Part shown: positions 42,875 to 53,030 of the stretch, piece by piece
Layout: the number at the start of each line of letters is the position of its first letter
Position numbering within the stretch: position 1 is the first letter of the stretch
Source: an uncultured Methanoregulaceae archaeon
Lineage (GTDB): Archaea; Halobacteriota; Methanomicrobia; Methanomicrobiales; Methanospirillaceae
DNA: 64,000 nucleotides
Assembly (NCBI GenBank): GCA_963841015.1
Contig: CAWJAX010000004.1
Location: 1 to 64,000, forward strand
Reading direction: 5' to 3'
Notes under the pieces: generated by a model
Seen by the model: only the letters and a program-made list of their open reading frames with translations
Database searches by the model: none
What the model was told of the DNA's origin: nothing
Program-made: the position numbers and the translations under genes

Positions 42875-44063
42875 TGCATCCCCCTTCTTTTCCGCTCTTT
42901 TGGTAGAGCGGGGACATGTCCCGTAGTTTTTGTACGACTTTGGGGAGAATGTCGAGCACAATATCCACATCCCCTTCCTTATTTGCATCGCCCAGCGTGA
43001 GGCGGAGCGAGCCATGCGATATTTCGACCGGAAGCCCGGTCGCAAGTAATACGTGTGAGGGTTCAAGGGAACCGGATGTACAGGCACTTCCGGTTGATGC
43101 GCAGATACCTTCATCGTCCAGCCAGAGCAGCATCGACTCGCCTTCAATAAATTCAAAACTCACATTGAAGTTACCCGGCAGCCGTTTCTCAGGGTGCCCG
43201 TTCAGCCGTGCATTGGGAATTTTTTCCAGCACGCCTTTGAGGAGACGGTCCCGCATCGCTGTGATCGCTGCGTTGTGTCCCGGGATATCCGCAGTGGCAA
43301 GTTCGATAGCTTTCCCCAGACCGACAATACCGGCAATGTTCTCTGTTCCCGCACGACTTTTGCGTTCCTGGCCTCCACCATGAATAAGATTCTCGATCCG
43401 GACACCCTTTCTTATATAGAGTGCCCCTGCTCCTTTCGGGCCATAGAATTTGTGGGCAGAGAGGGAGAGCAGATCGATGTTTTGTGATTTCACATCAATC
43501 GGAATATTCCCTATAGCCTGCACCGCATCAGTATGGAAGTATATCTTGTGATTCCGGGCGATTGCACCGAGATCTCCAACGGGTTCTATTGTTCCGATCT
43601 CATTGTTGGCATACATAACCGAGATCAGGATCGTCTTTTCCGTGATAGCATTTTCCAGATCTTCAGGATTAACAAGACCGTACTGGTCAACCGGAAGATA
43701 GGTGACTTCAAAGCCTTCCTTTTCGAGAAACTTGCAGGTGTGGAGTACTGCGTGGTGCTCGATCTGTGTCGTGATGATGTGGTTACCACGCTTCCGGTTC
43801 GCAAGTGCCACTCCCTTGATCGCCCAGTTGTCTGATTCACTCCCGCCAGAAGTAAAATAAATCTCGTCCGGGTCTGCACCCAATGCCTTTGCAGTCTGTA
43901 CCCGGGCTGTTTCAATTGCCTTTTTCGAATGCCGGGCAATGCTGTAAATGGAGGAGGGGTTGCCAAAATATTCCGTGAAGTAGGGGATCATGGCCTCCAA
44001 TACCTCTGGTTTTACAAACGTGGTTGCAGCGTGATCCAGGTAGATTGTGCGCTGTGCTCCCAT
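42867..44063 (-). CDS. iscS: Cysteine desulfurase IscS/NifS
   Basis: YLDHAATT, SAHKFYGPKG and STGSACTS motifs. Confidence 0.95.
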   Translation of the reverse strand: MGAQRTIYLDHAATTFVKPEVLEAMIPYFTEYFGNPSSIYSIARHSKKAIETARVQTAKALGADPDEIYFTSGGSESDNWAIKGVALANRKRGNHIITTQIEHHAVLHTCKFLEKEGFEVTYLPVDQYGLVNPEDLENAITEKTILISVMYANNEIGTIEPVGDLGAIARNHKIYFHTDAVQAIGNIPIDVKSQNIDLLSLSAHKFYGPKGAGALYIRKGVRIENLIHGGGQERKSRAGTENIAGIVGLGKAIELATADIPGHNAAITAMRDRLLKGVLEKIPNARLNGHPEKRLPGNFNVSFEFIEGESMLLWLDDEGICASTGSACTSGSLEPSHVLLATGLPVEISHGSLRLTLGDANKEGDVDIVLDILPKVVQKLRDMSPLYQKSGKEGGCNV

Positions 44064-44211
44064 GCGTTCCCTCGTACCTGAATATGTGCGTTGATCTGGG
44101 GATTATTCTTTTCCACTCTGATTATACAAGAAACCATTCGGTCAGGTTCCCGGAACATCTTGCGACAGTTGCCGGCTTTTCACAAAGCTTGCCCAATTTT
44201 GCCGATGGAAA

Positions 44212-44250
44212 TAACAATTGTGAATGCAATATATTATGTGACAATTGTGA
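44212..44250. promoter_or_regulatory. Two ACAATTGT palindromes (direct repeat of ACAATTGTGA) in the divergent iscS/regulator promoter
   Basis: TAACAATTGTGA (44212-44223) and TGACAATTGTGA (44239-44250) flank AATATATTAT. Confidence 0.5.
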
Positions 44251-44271
44251 TAATTTAAACGATGTGATAGT

Positions 44272-44556
44272 ATGGAGACCCCCTGTCAGAAAATAGTCTG
44301 GGACGTTCTGCCGGCAATCCGGGCAGCAATCGCAGTAGAGCTTGTCAGGTGCGGAGTCTCCCAGGTCCAGGCAGCACGCATGCTGGAGATTGCACCATCA
44401 GCGGTCTCGCAGTACCTTTCAGGTAAGCGAGGATACCGGATCGAATTTGACGATGAGGTGAAAAAATCCATCGCCCGGCTGGCGCAGGATCTGATCGACA
44501 AGAAACAGATAGATGTAGTCGGGCGGATCTGCGGGATCTGCCGGGCAGCTCCGTGA
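44272..44556 (+). CDS. Archaeal HTH transcriptional regulator with Cys motifs
   Basis: TPCQ..LPAIRAAIA..SAVSQYLSGKRG..ICGIC. Confidence 0.82.
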   Translation: METPCQKIVWDVLPAIRAAIAVELVRCGVSQVQAARMLEIAPSAVSQYLSGKRGYRIEFDDEVKKSIARLAQDLIDKKQIDVVGRICGICRAAP

Positions 44557-44655
44557 AGGGGAAGGCGGATGTACCGGCCTTGTGCCCGAGCGCTGCGGCT
44601 CGTAATTTTTTTATCTGCCTGACATTCATTTGATACCCATGGTTCTGGTCTCCCG

Positions 44656-45453
44656 ATGAATACCGTAGAGAAAACACGAGCACTCAAAAAAACAATCGCA
44701 GGGAGAGGATCGATGCTGGTCGCTTTCTCAGGAGGGGTTGACAGCACGCTTCTTGCGGTCCTCGCAAAAGAAGTGCTTGGTCATAAGACAACGTGTGTCC
44801 TTCTTGACAGCCCGGTTGTCCCGCGAGCTGCTGTTCAACAGGCACACCAAATCGCAAAGGAACTCGGACTCGAGCTGGAAACCATTGCAGTCCCCCTGAT
44901 GGATCATGAAGAATTCCGGAAAAATCCGGCAAACCGTTGTTATTACTGCAAAAAGATCTCCGCACCTTGTCTCAGACAACGGGCAAGAGAGCGGGGTTTT
45001 GCCAGTATTGCTGACGGGATAAATGTCTCGGACAAGAGCGAGCATCGCCCGGGACTTGCCGCATCAACAGAAGAGGGGATCCTCCACCCGTTTATTGAAT
45101 CCAGTATCACCAAACAGGAGATTCGGGAGATCGCTCGGGAGTATGGTCTGTCAGTCTGGCAGAAACCCTCTGCAGCCTGTCTTTCATCCCGCATACCCTA
45201 CGGAGAAGAAATCACCCGGGAAAAACTCCGGATGGTTGAAGAGGCTGAGGCATTCCTCGCAGAAGAGGGATTCGGACAGCTCCGGGTACGTTTACATGGC
45301 ACTATTGCCAGGATAGAAGTGCATAAAGAGGAGATGAAGAAAATACTGGATATGCAACCTGCAGTCGTGAAGAGACTCAAATCAATCGGTTTTTCTTATG
45401 TCACCCTTGACCTCGAAGGATACCGGAGCGGGAGTCTGGATGAAGTATTGTGA
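44656..45453 (+). CDS. larE: ATP-dependent sulfur transferase, LarE-like (TIGR00268)
   Basis: AFSGGVDS PP-loop, RCYYCK, HRPG, ACLSSRIPYG and DLEGYRSGS motifs. Confidence 0.88.
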   Translation: MNTVEKTRALKKTIAGRGSMLVAFSGGVDSTLLAVLAKEVLGHKTTCVLLDSPVVPRAAVQQAHQIAKELGLELETIAVPLMDHEEFRKNPANRCYYCKKISAPCLRQRARERGFASIADGINVSDKSEHRPGLAASTEEGILHPFIESSITKQEIREIAREYGLSVWQKPSAACLSSRIPYGEEITREKLRMVEEAEAFLAEEGFGQLRVRLHGTIARIEVHKEEMKKILDMQPAVVKRLKSIGFSYVTLDLEGYRSGSLDEVL

Positions 45454-45505
45454 TGTAATCTATAGTACTGCCTCAGGATTGTCCTGGTGAAGGAGAAGGA
45501 GAGAG

Positions 45506-46291
45506 ATGAGCGAAAAGATGTACCGGAAACTGCCCTGTATTAAGGTCGACGGGGACACGTTCGGAAATGTACTTCACGAAGTCGTTGAAGAAGTACCTGT
45601 TGCCCTTTTTGTGAATGGCAGGCACGCGATGACTGGGATGATGAGCCCGGTGCAGCTCGAGGATTTTGTTACCGGCTACCTCTTCACCGAACAGATTATC
45701 AAGGGTGTCGATGAGATCGAATCAATCAGGATTGAGAAAAACCGGATCAGCGTCATTACAAAGAACCTGTTCAAAGTGCTCGGCCCAAAAAAGACCATTT
45801 TATCAGGATGCGGCGGGAGTGTATCTTATATTGACGCAGAAAAACTCCCGAACATAAAGTCTGATCTTGTGATAAGCATAGAGAAAATCAACGAATCGGT
45901 CAGGGATGCACTCTCTTCAGATCTTCACAAAACAACCGGCGGGATCCATGTCGTTGCCTTACGTGATACCGAAAAAGTTATCTCGGTTTCTGAAGATATC
46001 GGCAGGCACAATGCGGTCGACCGGGTTATCGGGCATGGACTCCGTACAGGTGTCGATTTTTCGCAGACATTTATCGTTTCTTCAGGCAGGATCTCTTCTG
46101 AAATGGTGCGAAAATGCCTTATTGCAAATATTCCCCTGATCATATCGCGCAGTGCTACGACGACATTATCAGTTGAGATTGCAGAAAAGACGGGACTGAC
46201 TATTATTGGTTTTGTGCGGGCAGGAAAAATGAATATTTATTCGCGACCACATCGAATTATTGGATTGGAATCTTCGTCAGCACTTTTATAG
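45506..46291 (+). CDS. fdhD: Formate dehydrogenase accessory sulfurtransferase
   Basis: SGCGG, TGGIH, EDIGRHNAVD and SSGRISSEMV motifs. Confidence 0.92.
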   Translation: MSEKMYRKLPCIKVDGDTFGNVLHEVVEEVPVALFVNGRHAMTGMMSPVQLEDFVTGYLFTEQIIKGVDEIESIRIEKNRISVITKNLFKVLGPKKTILSGCGGSVSYIDAEKLPNIKSDLVISIEKINESVRDALSSDLHKTTGGIHVVALRDTEKVISVSEDIGRHNAVDRVIGHGLRTGVDFSQTFIVSSGRISSEMVRKCLIANIPLIISRSATTTLSVEIAEKTGLTIIGFVRAGKMNIYSRPHRIIGLESSSALL

Positions 46292-47221
46292 GTCAAGTGA
46301 CTGACGGAGCAGGCATACCTGGCAGAGATCCCCGCTGCAGGGATCACCACACTCCCGGCAGGAACGGATGGGTTCAGACATCCCCGAACCTTTATCGCAG
46401 CGCTCGATCTTTTCTTTGCTCTCCACAAGGTTGAGCATAGTGCCGGGATGCTTATATTCAAAACCTGACAGCATTGACCGGACCTCCCGCCGCATTGCAT
46501 ACCGGGTGTACGGGCACTCCGGAAGTTCGTTCCACGCATGATTGAGCAAAAGATACGTAGCAATCTCTTTTTCTGAAATCCGTGAAAGCGGCTTGATCCT
46601 CGGGATAAACTTCCCGGATGATTCACCTCTGGAATTCCGGACAAGACGCGGCAGGTCACCCCTGAATACATTCATTAATACCGATTGCGCCTCATCGTCA
46701 AGGTTATGACCGGTGGCAAGCTTTGTTGCCCCCGCCTGGTATGCGCCCACCACCAACGCTTTTTTCCTCATGATACCACAGATACTGCAGGCCTGCGTCT
46801 CCCTGCCGGTGAGGAAAGCATCGAGTGAGTCTCCGAACAGGCTGGTAAAAGAAATACAGTGATGTTCGATCCCAAGCCGACCGGTGAGCCGTTCTGCTGA
46901 CTGGATCGTTTCTTCACGGTAGCCGGCAATACCCTCATCGATCGTTATGGCAATGAGCCGGACGTCCTCCCACGCCGGGAGGAGACGGTGCAGGAGGAGA
47001 AGGAGTGCGGTGCTGTCTTTGCCACCGCTCAGGGCAACTGCCACACGATCCTGAGGGACGATCAACTGCCGGGTTGTTATAGTATCTGCCACTCGCAGTT
47101 CCACATCAGCAGTAAAATGAGTCCCACAGAGGTGACGGTTGTAATATCGCTGGCATACTACGGCCGGTTCCGTGCAGAAAGAACATTTCGGAACATCCGG
47201 TTGCACGGCCTTTGTTTCCAA
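46286..47221 (-). CDS. tRNA 2-thiolation protein, NcsA/TtuA/Ctu1 family (TIGR00269)
   Basis: N- and C-terminal Zn fingers, SGGKDS, CSICG, TGHNLDD and CPY motifs. Confidence 0.9.
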   Translation of the reverse strand: METKAVQPDVPKCSFCTEPAVVCQRYYNRHLCGTHFTADVELRVADTITTRQLIVPQDRVAVALSGGKDSTALLLLLHRLLPAWEDVRLIAITIDEGIAGYREETIQSAERLTGRLGIEHHCISFTSLFGDSLDAFLTGRETQACSICGIMRKKALVVGAYQAGATKLATGHNLDDEAQSVLMNVFRGDLPRLVRNSRGESSGKFIPRIKPLSRISEKEIATYLLLNHAWNELPECPYTRYAMRREVRSMLSGFEYKHPGTMLNLVESKEKIERCDKGSGMSEPIRSCRECGDPCSGDLCQVCLLRQSLDL

Positions 47222-47224
47222 GCA

Positions 47225-47419
47225 TCAACCCCCGTGTGCTATCCTGATAATTCGAACCTCATCACTCCCTTGAATAATCGTATCCTCAGGAAGCAGCTTC
47301 CCGTTCCGGGATACGATCACTTCAAGCGGATTTATACCCTGTTCGAGCAGGATCTGTTCAACAGGAGCCGGACTATGCTCAAAAATCCGGACGTCCTTGT
47401 CCGATAGGATAAGTCTCAT
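47225..47419 (-). CDS. ThiS/SAMP2-like ubiquitin-fold sulfur carrier
   Basis: 64 aa ending IAHGG; directly upstream of the thiolase. Confidence 0.88.
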   Translation of the reverse strand: MRLILSDKDVRIFEHSPAPVEQILLEQGINPLEVIVSRNGKLLPEDTIIQGSDEVRIIRIAHGG

Positions 47420-47564
47420 TTTGCCACTAAGTAGCTTTGCGAGCAGGTTTCTTAAACATCCCGCTGGGGAAAATTGTCATTGAAAAGCCCTCAACAAAAA
47501 AACTTAAAGGCTGATACGTAATCCACGTATTTGATACACAGGATTAACACATACAAGTACGGAA

Positions 47565-48482
47565 GTGTGCAGGGTGCCAGATGCATCGTTCATTCATGAT
47601 GAAATTTTCCGGCTGAAAGAGGATCGGCATGCGATTATTCTCGCGCACAATTACCAGCCGGTCGAAGTACAGGATATCGCTGATCTCACCGGGGATTCCC
47701 TCGAACTGTCCCGGGCAGCCGCCTCCATGGATGGCGACATTATTGTTTTCTGCGGCGTGGATTTCATGGCTGAGACTGCCGCAATCATCTCCCCGGAAAA
47801 GACGGTCCTGTTGCCGGCTCCGGAGGCCTGCTGCCCTATGGCAGATATGATCACGGCAGACGAGCTGAAACACCTGAAAATACGGCACCCGGGGGCTGCG
47901 GTTGTCTGTTATGTGAACACAACCGCTGAGGTAAAAGCCGAGAGTGATATCTGCTGCACCTCTTCAAACGCGGTAAAGGTAGTCAACTCTTTAAAAGAAG
48001 ACCGGATACTTTTTGTTCCTGACCGCAATCTCGGGCTCTATACCCAGCGTTTTACCAAAAAGGAGATCCTGCCCTGGGAAGGATTCTGTAGTGTACATGA
48101 CCAGATTACCCCGGATGACGTGCGAAAGGCACACGATCTCCATCCTGGTGCGATCATCCTGGTGCACCCGGAGTGCCGTCCTGAGGTAATCGATCTTGCA
48201 GATCATGTCGCGAGCACTTCAGGTATCATCTGGCAGGTGTGCAATTCCTCTGAAAAAGAATTCATCATTGGTACTGAAGTTGGTATCCTCCACAGGCTCA
48301 TAAGGGAATGCCCGACAAAACAATGTTATCCTTTATCACCGGCAGCAATTTGCAGAAATATGAAAAAGACAGATCTGAATAAAATCCGGAATGCTCTTAT
48401 CTCCCTGCAGCCCCGCATCACCGTACCAGAAGAGATTGCTCATCGTGCCCGCTGTGCAATCGAGCGAATGTTGGCAGTCTGA
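47565..48482 (+). CDS. nadA: Quinolinate synthase
   Basis: LAHNYQ, FCGVDFMAE, YVNT, HPEC and GTEVG motifs. Confidence 0.95.
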   Translation: MCRVPDASFIHDEIFRLKEDRHAIILAHNYQPVEVQDIADLTGDSLELSRAAASMDGDIIVFCGVDFMAETAAIISPEKTVLLPAPEACCPMADMITADELKHLKIRHPGAAVVCYVNTTAEVKAESDICCTSSNAVKVVNSLKEDRILFVPDRNLGLYTQRFTKKEILPWEGFCSVHDQITPDDVRKAHDLHPGAIILVHPECRPEVIDLADHVASTSGIIWQVCNSSEKEFIIGTEVGILHRLIRECPTKQCYPLSPAAICRNMKKTDLNKIRNALISLQPRITVPEEIAHRARCAIERMLAV

Positions 48483-48507
48483 AAAAAGAGATTATTTCTC
48501 CTGCTTT

Positions 48508-48750
48508 TTAAGGGGGGATGTTTTTTCGTTCCATAAGTTTCGTGTACATTTCCTGACCGATACATTCCTTTGCATGCCGGCACCACTGGACACAGGATTC
48601 GATATCATTGTAGACCACAAAACCGCACCCGCTGCATTTCACGGAGATATCGTTTGAGAAGAGTTCCACTTCCTCACCGCAGTGTGGACACTTTTTGATC
48701 GCGAGGGTGGGAGTCCGCAGGTTCGCGGCACCAGGGCAGTGGTCAGGCAT
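48508..48750 (-). CDS. Small Cys-rich zinc-finger protein
   Basis: HCPGA, CPHCGEEVELFS, CSGCG and SCVQWCRHAKEC motifs. Confidence 0.78.
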   Translation of the reverse strand: MPDHCPGAANLRTPTLAIKKCPHCGEEVELFSNDISVKCSGCGFVVYNDIESCVQWCRHAKECIGQEMYTKLMERKNIPP

Positions 48751-48761
48751 AGGGAATATCC

Positions 48762-49451
48762 TTAGCAGTAGGTCAGATCATCTGTTAAAGAATTCAATGG
48801 ACGGATGATCCGTTCATCATCAGCAGCCGGAGAATTCACAAGGGAGGATATGGGATACATCGACATGTTCTTTGCGGGAAACGGTGCAAGAATTTCTTTG
48901 AGTGCCTCAGCATTCAAAGGAGTTTTTGAAAGCCAGCGATCTTCATGTTCGGGCAGGAGAATTGACGGCATACGATTGTGAACCTTTGCGACAAGTTCGT
49001 TGGGCGCGGTAGTAACGATAGCATACGTTCTGATAAGATTTCCGTGAGTTCCTGCCCATTGGTCATAGAGGCCGGCAAAAGCAAAGAGCGGGATCTTCGG
49101 CAGGTAAACATAGAACGGGATCTTCTTTTTACCTTCCTTTTTCCATTCAAAAAAACCGGATGCCGGAACAAGACACCGGCGGTTTTGCAGCAGCTCTTTA
49201 AAGGTAGGTTTTTCTGATAAGGTTTCTGCACGTGCGTTGATCGGTCGTTGTGCCGTGGTAATATCCTGTGTCCGGTGAGGCACCAGCCCCCACTTCATCA
49301 TGACAATTTCGTTTTTTTCTTCACGAATAATTACCGGCATTTCATTTCCCGGAGCGATGTTGAACCGCGAACGTGACCCGATCATCGGGTTGAATACCCT
49401 GAACCGGTTGCCAAGATCATCGATAAAGACTAACGAGTACCTGCCACACAT
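48762..49451 (-). CDS. SOS response-associated peptidase (SRAP/HMCES family)
   Basis: MCGRY, INARAET, GFFEW and HNRMP motifs. Confidence 0.93.
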   Translation of the reverse strand: MCGRYSLVFIDDLGNRFRVFNPMIGSRSRFNIAPGNEMPVIIREEKNEIVMMKWGLVPHRTQDITTAQRPINARAETLSEKPTFKELLQNRRCLVPASGFFEWKKEGKKKIPFYVYLPKIPLFAFAGLYDQWAGTHGNLIRTYAIVTTAPNELVAKVHNRMPSILLPEHEDRWLSKTPLNAEALKEILAPFPAKNMSMYPISSLVNSPAADDERIIRPLNSLTDDLTYC

Positions 49452-49582
49452 ATACCTGATCGCTTCGGATGTTCGTTAAACGGGTATATCATCCTGCCGC
49501 AGGGACTTTATAAATACCCTGTCTGTTCTCCACCCATGATACAAACATGTAATATTGCCCATAGCCAAATAACTGGCAACCA

Positions 49583-51112
49583 ATGACAGAAAAACAACTT
49601 ATATCGACAATAAAGTATATCTCTGCAATAAAACCGGCTTTTTTCCTGTCAGAGATTATCCCTTACCTCGATGAGACGATGCCCGTGCACCAGCTGTTCC
49701 GCATTATATCTCCTGAACTTTCTGCTCTGGGACTTATGGCCAAAAAAACTCAGGGGGATTTTGAGATTATCCGGATTCCGCCCGCACAACCATATCTTAT
49801 GAATCAGGAGGAAGTCAAACAGCAGCAGCATTTTTTTACGACCAGAGAACTGCCTGATTCCCTTGCCCAAAGTATTGAACGGTACATTACAAAAAAAGTC
49901 GGAAAGGACTGGAACGATCCGATCATTATCGAACGTATCCGCAGGGCGATCGTCTCCCAGAAAGATGATTACTGGAAACCATCACACAAAAGGTCCTTGC
50001 ACTACATAAAAGGTTATAGTGTTCTCAGTTATCTCGCCTACCATTTCCCGGTATATTTTTTCCAGACCGAACACCTGCTCCTTATGCTCGCACGGGAAGG
50101 TCTCCTGAAAAAAAGCATGACCGTCCTCGATGTCGGAACCGGGCCTGGGGTAGTTCCGCTCGCAATTGCTGATTTTTATTCACGGCTGGATGGACCGCAG
50201 GCGACCATATATTCTCTCGAAAGGTCAGAAGAGCATATCGAGGCCTTCACCTATTTACGCGAGGCTTTCGTACCCAGAGGGGGCAGAGTATCCATTAAGT
50301 CTCCGGTTAAAACAGATATCAGATCACTCGACCTCGCCAGACTTCCGGAAAAAATCGATCTGGTTATCTTTTCCAACGTCCTGAATGAACTTCCGGATGC
50401 CACCATGGAAGTCAGGGCTGACATTGTGGCACTGATCTCAGAGCGACTCGCTCCTGATGGTTCAATCCTGATGGTTGAACCTGCGGATGAGGAGAACGCG
50501 ACCCGGATGCGATCACTCACCGTTGCGCTGCAAAAAAAAGGGCTGTCTGTCTCCAGCCCGTGCTCATTCATATGGGGTTCAACCTGCACTGCCCCCCGAT
50601 GCTGGAGTTTTGAGACCGCACCTGCGATCAGACTCTCCCGGTTGATGGAGACGCTTGCCCACTGCGAGGATTCCTACCGGTACGTGAACACTGACATCAA
50701 GTATAGTTATGCAATCCTGCGAAAAGATGGCAGGCGAAAGGAGCATTTCCGGTTACCCGTCGGATCAAAATTCCTCCGGTTATCCAAACTGCACCTGCAT
50801 GTGGGAAAACGGATCAATGTTGCCGGTGGAAAAATGTCCGGGGAGCTTGGCAATGCACGATCCCATGTGTATAAGATATGTGACGGGACGGCAAAAACAC
50901 CGGTGTATGCGGTGCTGCCTTCCTATCATATCACACCGGAAAATGACCTGATCACATCTGCCCCGTATGGATCAATCCTCGAACTGCGCAATGTGCTGGT
51001 GCGGTATAACAGGACCCATAATGCGTATAATCTGCTGGTGAGCCGGAATACGAAGGTCACTTTTATAAAAAAGAAGCAGTCTGAACATCCGGAAAATGTT
51101 AAACAAGAATGA
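49583..51112 (+). CDS. Class I SAM-dependent methyltransferase (Rsm22-like)
   Basis: YLAYHFP, VLDVGTGPG, FSNVLNEL and VEPA motifs, with a Cys cluster (SPC..C..CW). Confidence 0.75.
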   Translation: MTEKQLISTIKYISAIKPAFFLSEIIPYLDETMPVHQLFRIISPELSALGLMAKKTQGDFEIIRIPPAQPYLMNQEEVKQQQHFFTTRELPDSLAQSIERYITKKVGKDWNDPIIIERIRRAIVSQKDDYWKPSHKRSLHYIKGYSVLSYLAYHFPVYFFQTEHLLLMLAREGLLKKSMTVLDVGTGPGVVPLAIADFYSRLDGPQATIYSLERSEEHIEAFTYLREAFVPRGGRVSIKSPVKTDIRSLDLARLPEKIDLVIFSNVLNELPDATMEVRADIVALISERLAPDGSILMVEPADEENATRMRSLTVALQKKGLSVSSPCSFIWGSTCTAPRCWSFETAPAIRLSRLMETLAHCEDSYRYVNTDIKYSYAILRKDGRRKEHFRLPVGSKFLRLSKLHLHVGKRINVAGGKMSGELGNARSHVYKICDGTAKTPVYAVLPSYHITPENDLITSAPYGSILELRNVLVRYNRTHNAYNLLVSRNTKVTFIKKKQSEHPENVKQE

Positions 51113-53030
51113 AATTGAATACCACGAGGGTTATCAGGAGTAAAACGCACGCATGCTTAACACCCGCTGCAAGGGATGACTCCCCCATCTGGCCGGGAAT
51201 AAGACCGGAGAAAAATGCCTGGATAAGGCACGCATGATAGAGGATCCTTGCAAATGTAGCGATCGATATTGCTCCAATCCCCGAAAGGATTCCGGTTGCA
51301 GAAATTCCCTGCGTAGAGATATTTTCGAGGACGGGGAGAAACTGCATTGTCAGGACCGCCACAACAAAGAGGAATACAAAGAATGCGAGATACACAATAA
51401 CCGTGTAGATAAACATCTCAGCATGGCGCTCTTTTTTGAGCATCTCGGTCATTTTTGCATCAGCTGCAGCAATGGAAAGCACTTCGCCTATCTGCCCGCT
51501 CATCTCACTTGCCTTGGTAATCAGTGTTACGGTACGTGCAATCGAAGGTGTGCTGACCCGCTCTTCAAACCTCACCAGTGCTTCGGTAAAATTCGCACCC
51601 CAGTCCATATCCTTCTTGATTTTCCTGATTTCATAGCCGATAAGGCCGAGATTGGTATTTACCATAATGGCAATTCCCTGGGCAATGGTGAGACCGGACT
51701 GGTTGATCCCGGCCATTCTTTCAAGGAAATCAGGAATGAGCTCCTGAATACCAAGTACTTTTTTTGCCCAGATTCCATAAAAGACAGCGTAGGGGATAAG
51801 TACAACAAGCAGGGCTATTACGATATGATCATCGATGACACTGAAATAGAGTTCGCTATCTGTGTAGGCAGGAACCTGTAAAAAAGTAATTACGCTGTAG
51901 ACGATGGCGATTGGAACAGTTATGTACAGGGTGAGATTGACATTATTGATAAAACTGTCAAGGGGATGCCGGATAAAGGTAATAAAATTCCTGATCCGGT
52001 CGTATTTTTTCAGTTGCTCCAGCAGGGATTCTTCATCCTTTTTTTTATAAATCCTGATGTTGGCATAGGTTTTAAGCAATTTTGTCCGGATATATCGTTC
52101 CGTCTTTTCAGTTTTGTCTGACAGGTGATAGATAAGAAAAATAAATACCACTGATCCAACAGGAATGATCACATAGGTAACTAAGGTCAGCTGGGATACT
52201 GCAGATCCTCCCATCATCCCCATCACAACCATGATGATAATCAAAAAGAGGGGTCCAGCGACAAAGAGAGTAACATAGGACTCAGCTACAAGGGAAAGAA
52301 TGTTGAGGAATTGTTTCTGTTCAAAGCGTGCTTCTTCCTGGTAAAGCCTCACTCTCTGGGAGAGAAACTCTGCCATATCCCCACCACTCTCAATTACCGA
52401 AAGCAGATCCTGTAAAAAATCCTTGAGCTTCTCAGAGGGGGTGGTTTGGGCGAGATGGTGAATAGCAGTTATGACATCGTGCCCAAAAAAGTCCGCATCT
52501 CTCACAATCTGGCGAAATTCAAGGGCAACCTCTCCATAAATATCTGCCCGGTCGGAGAGGGAGCGAAAGACCATCATCAGCTGGGCACCTCCTCTCCGCA
52601 TAGCGTACATATAAGCAACCGCATTGTGCAGGGTCAGGTTGATTTTTATTGCGCGGTTTCTTTTTTCATACCCGGGGAGTTTTAAAAGGAATAAATATCC
52701 GAAATATATTCCCAGGAGGAACATAACAAGCACGGTAAAAATCTGGATGGACAGGATGCCTGAATCGGTAATAGGGATTGAGGGAACCTGGATATTGAGT
52801 ACATTGTAGATGCCGATCTTTCCAACCTGGAACTCCAGGGTAAGGTACGTGGTGATAAAATATCCAAGAACCGCAAGGATGATACCTGTCAGGAATGCGA
52901 TTTTAACCGATCGCCATAAGAACTGTTCGAGGGTCAGACCCATCCTGGCAGAAATCATCTCTGCATGCAGGTCTGAATACCGGGACGGGTCTTGTTGTAT
53001 CCATTTCCTGATATGGTGTCTCACATTCAT
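51099..53030 (-). CDS. Type IV pilus/T2SS platform protein (TadB/TadC, ArlJ-like; two GspF domains)
   Basis: YGEVALEF..FG..IESGG and IPDFL..SG..DMDWG..ASEMSG. Confidence 0.9.
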   Translation of the reverse strand: MNVRHHIRKWIQQDPSRYSDLHAEMISARMGLTLEQFLWRSVKIAFLTGIILAVLGYFITTYLTLEFQVGKIGIYNVLNIQVPSIPITDSGILSIQIFTVLVMFLLGIYFGYLFLLKLPGYEKRNRAIKINLTLHNAVAYMYAMRRGGAQLMMVFRSLSDRADIYGEVALEFRQIVRDADFFGHDVITAIHHLAQTTPSEKLKDFLQDLLSVIESGGDMAEFLSQRVRLYQEEARFEQKQFLNILSLVAESYVTLFVAGPLFLIIIMVVMGMMGGSAVSQLTLVTYVIIPVGSVVFIFLIYHLSDKTEKTERYIRTKLLKTYANIRIYKKKDEESLLEQLKKYDRIRNFITFIRHPLDSFINNVNLTLYITVPIAIVYSVITFLQVPAYTDSELYFSVIDDHIVIALLVVLIPYAVFYGIWAKKVLGIQELIPDFLERMAGINQSGLTIAQGIAIMVNTNLGLIGYEIRKIKKDMDWGANFTEALVRFEERVSTPSIARTVTLITKASEMSGQIGEVLSIAAADAKMTEMLKKERHAEMFIYTVIVYLAFFVFLFVVAVLTMQFLPVLENISTQGISATGILSGIGAISIATFARILYHACLIQAFFSGLIPGQMGESSLAAGVKHACVLLLITLVVFNFILV

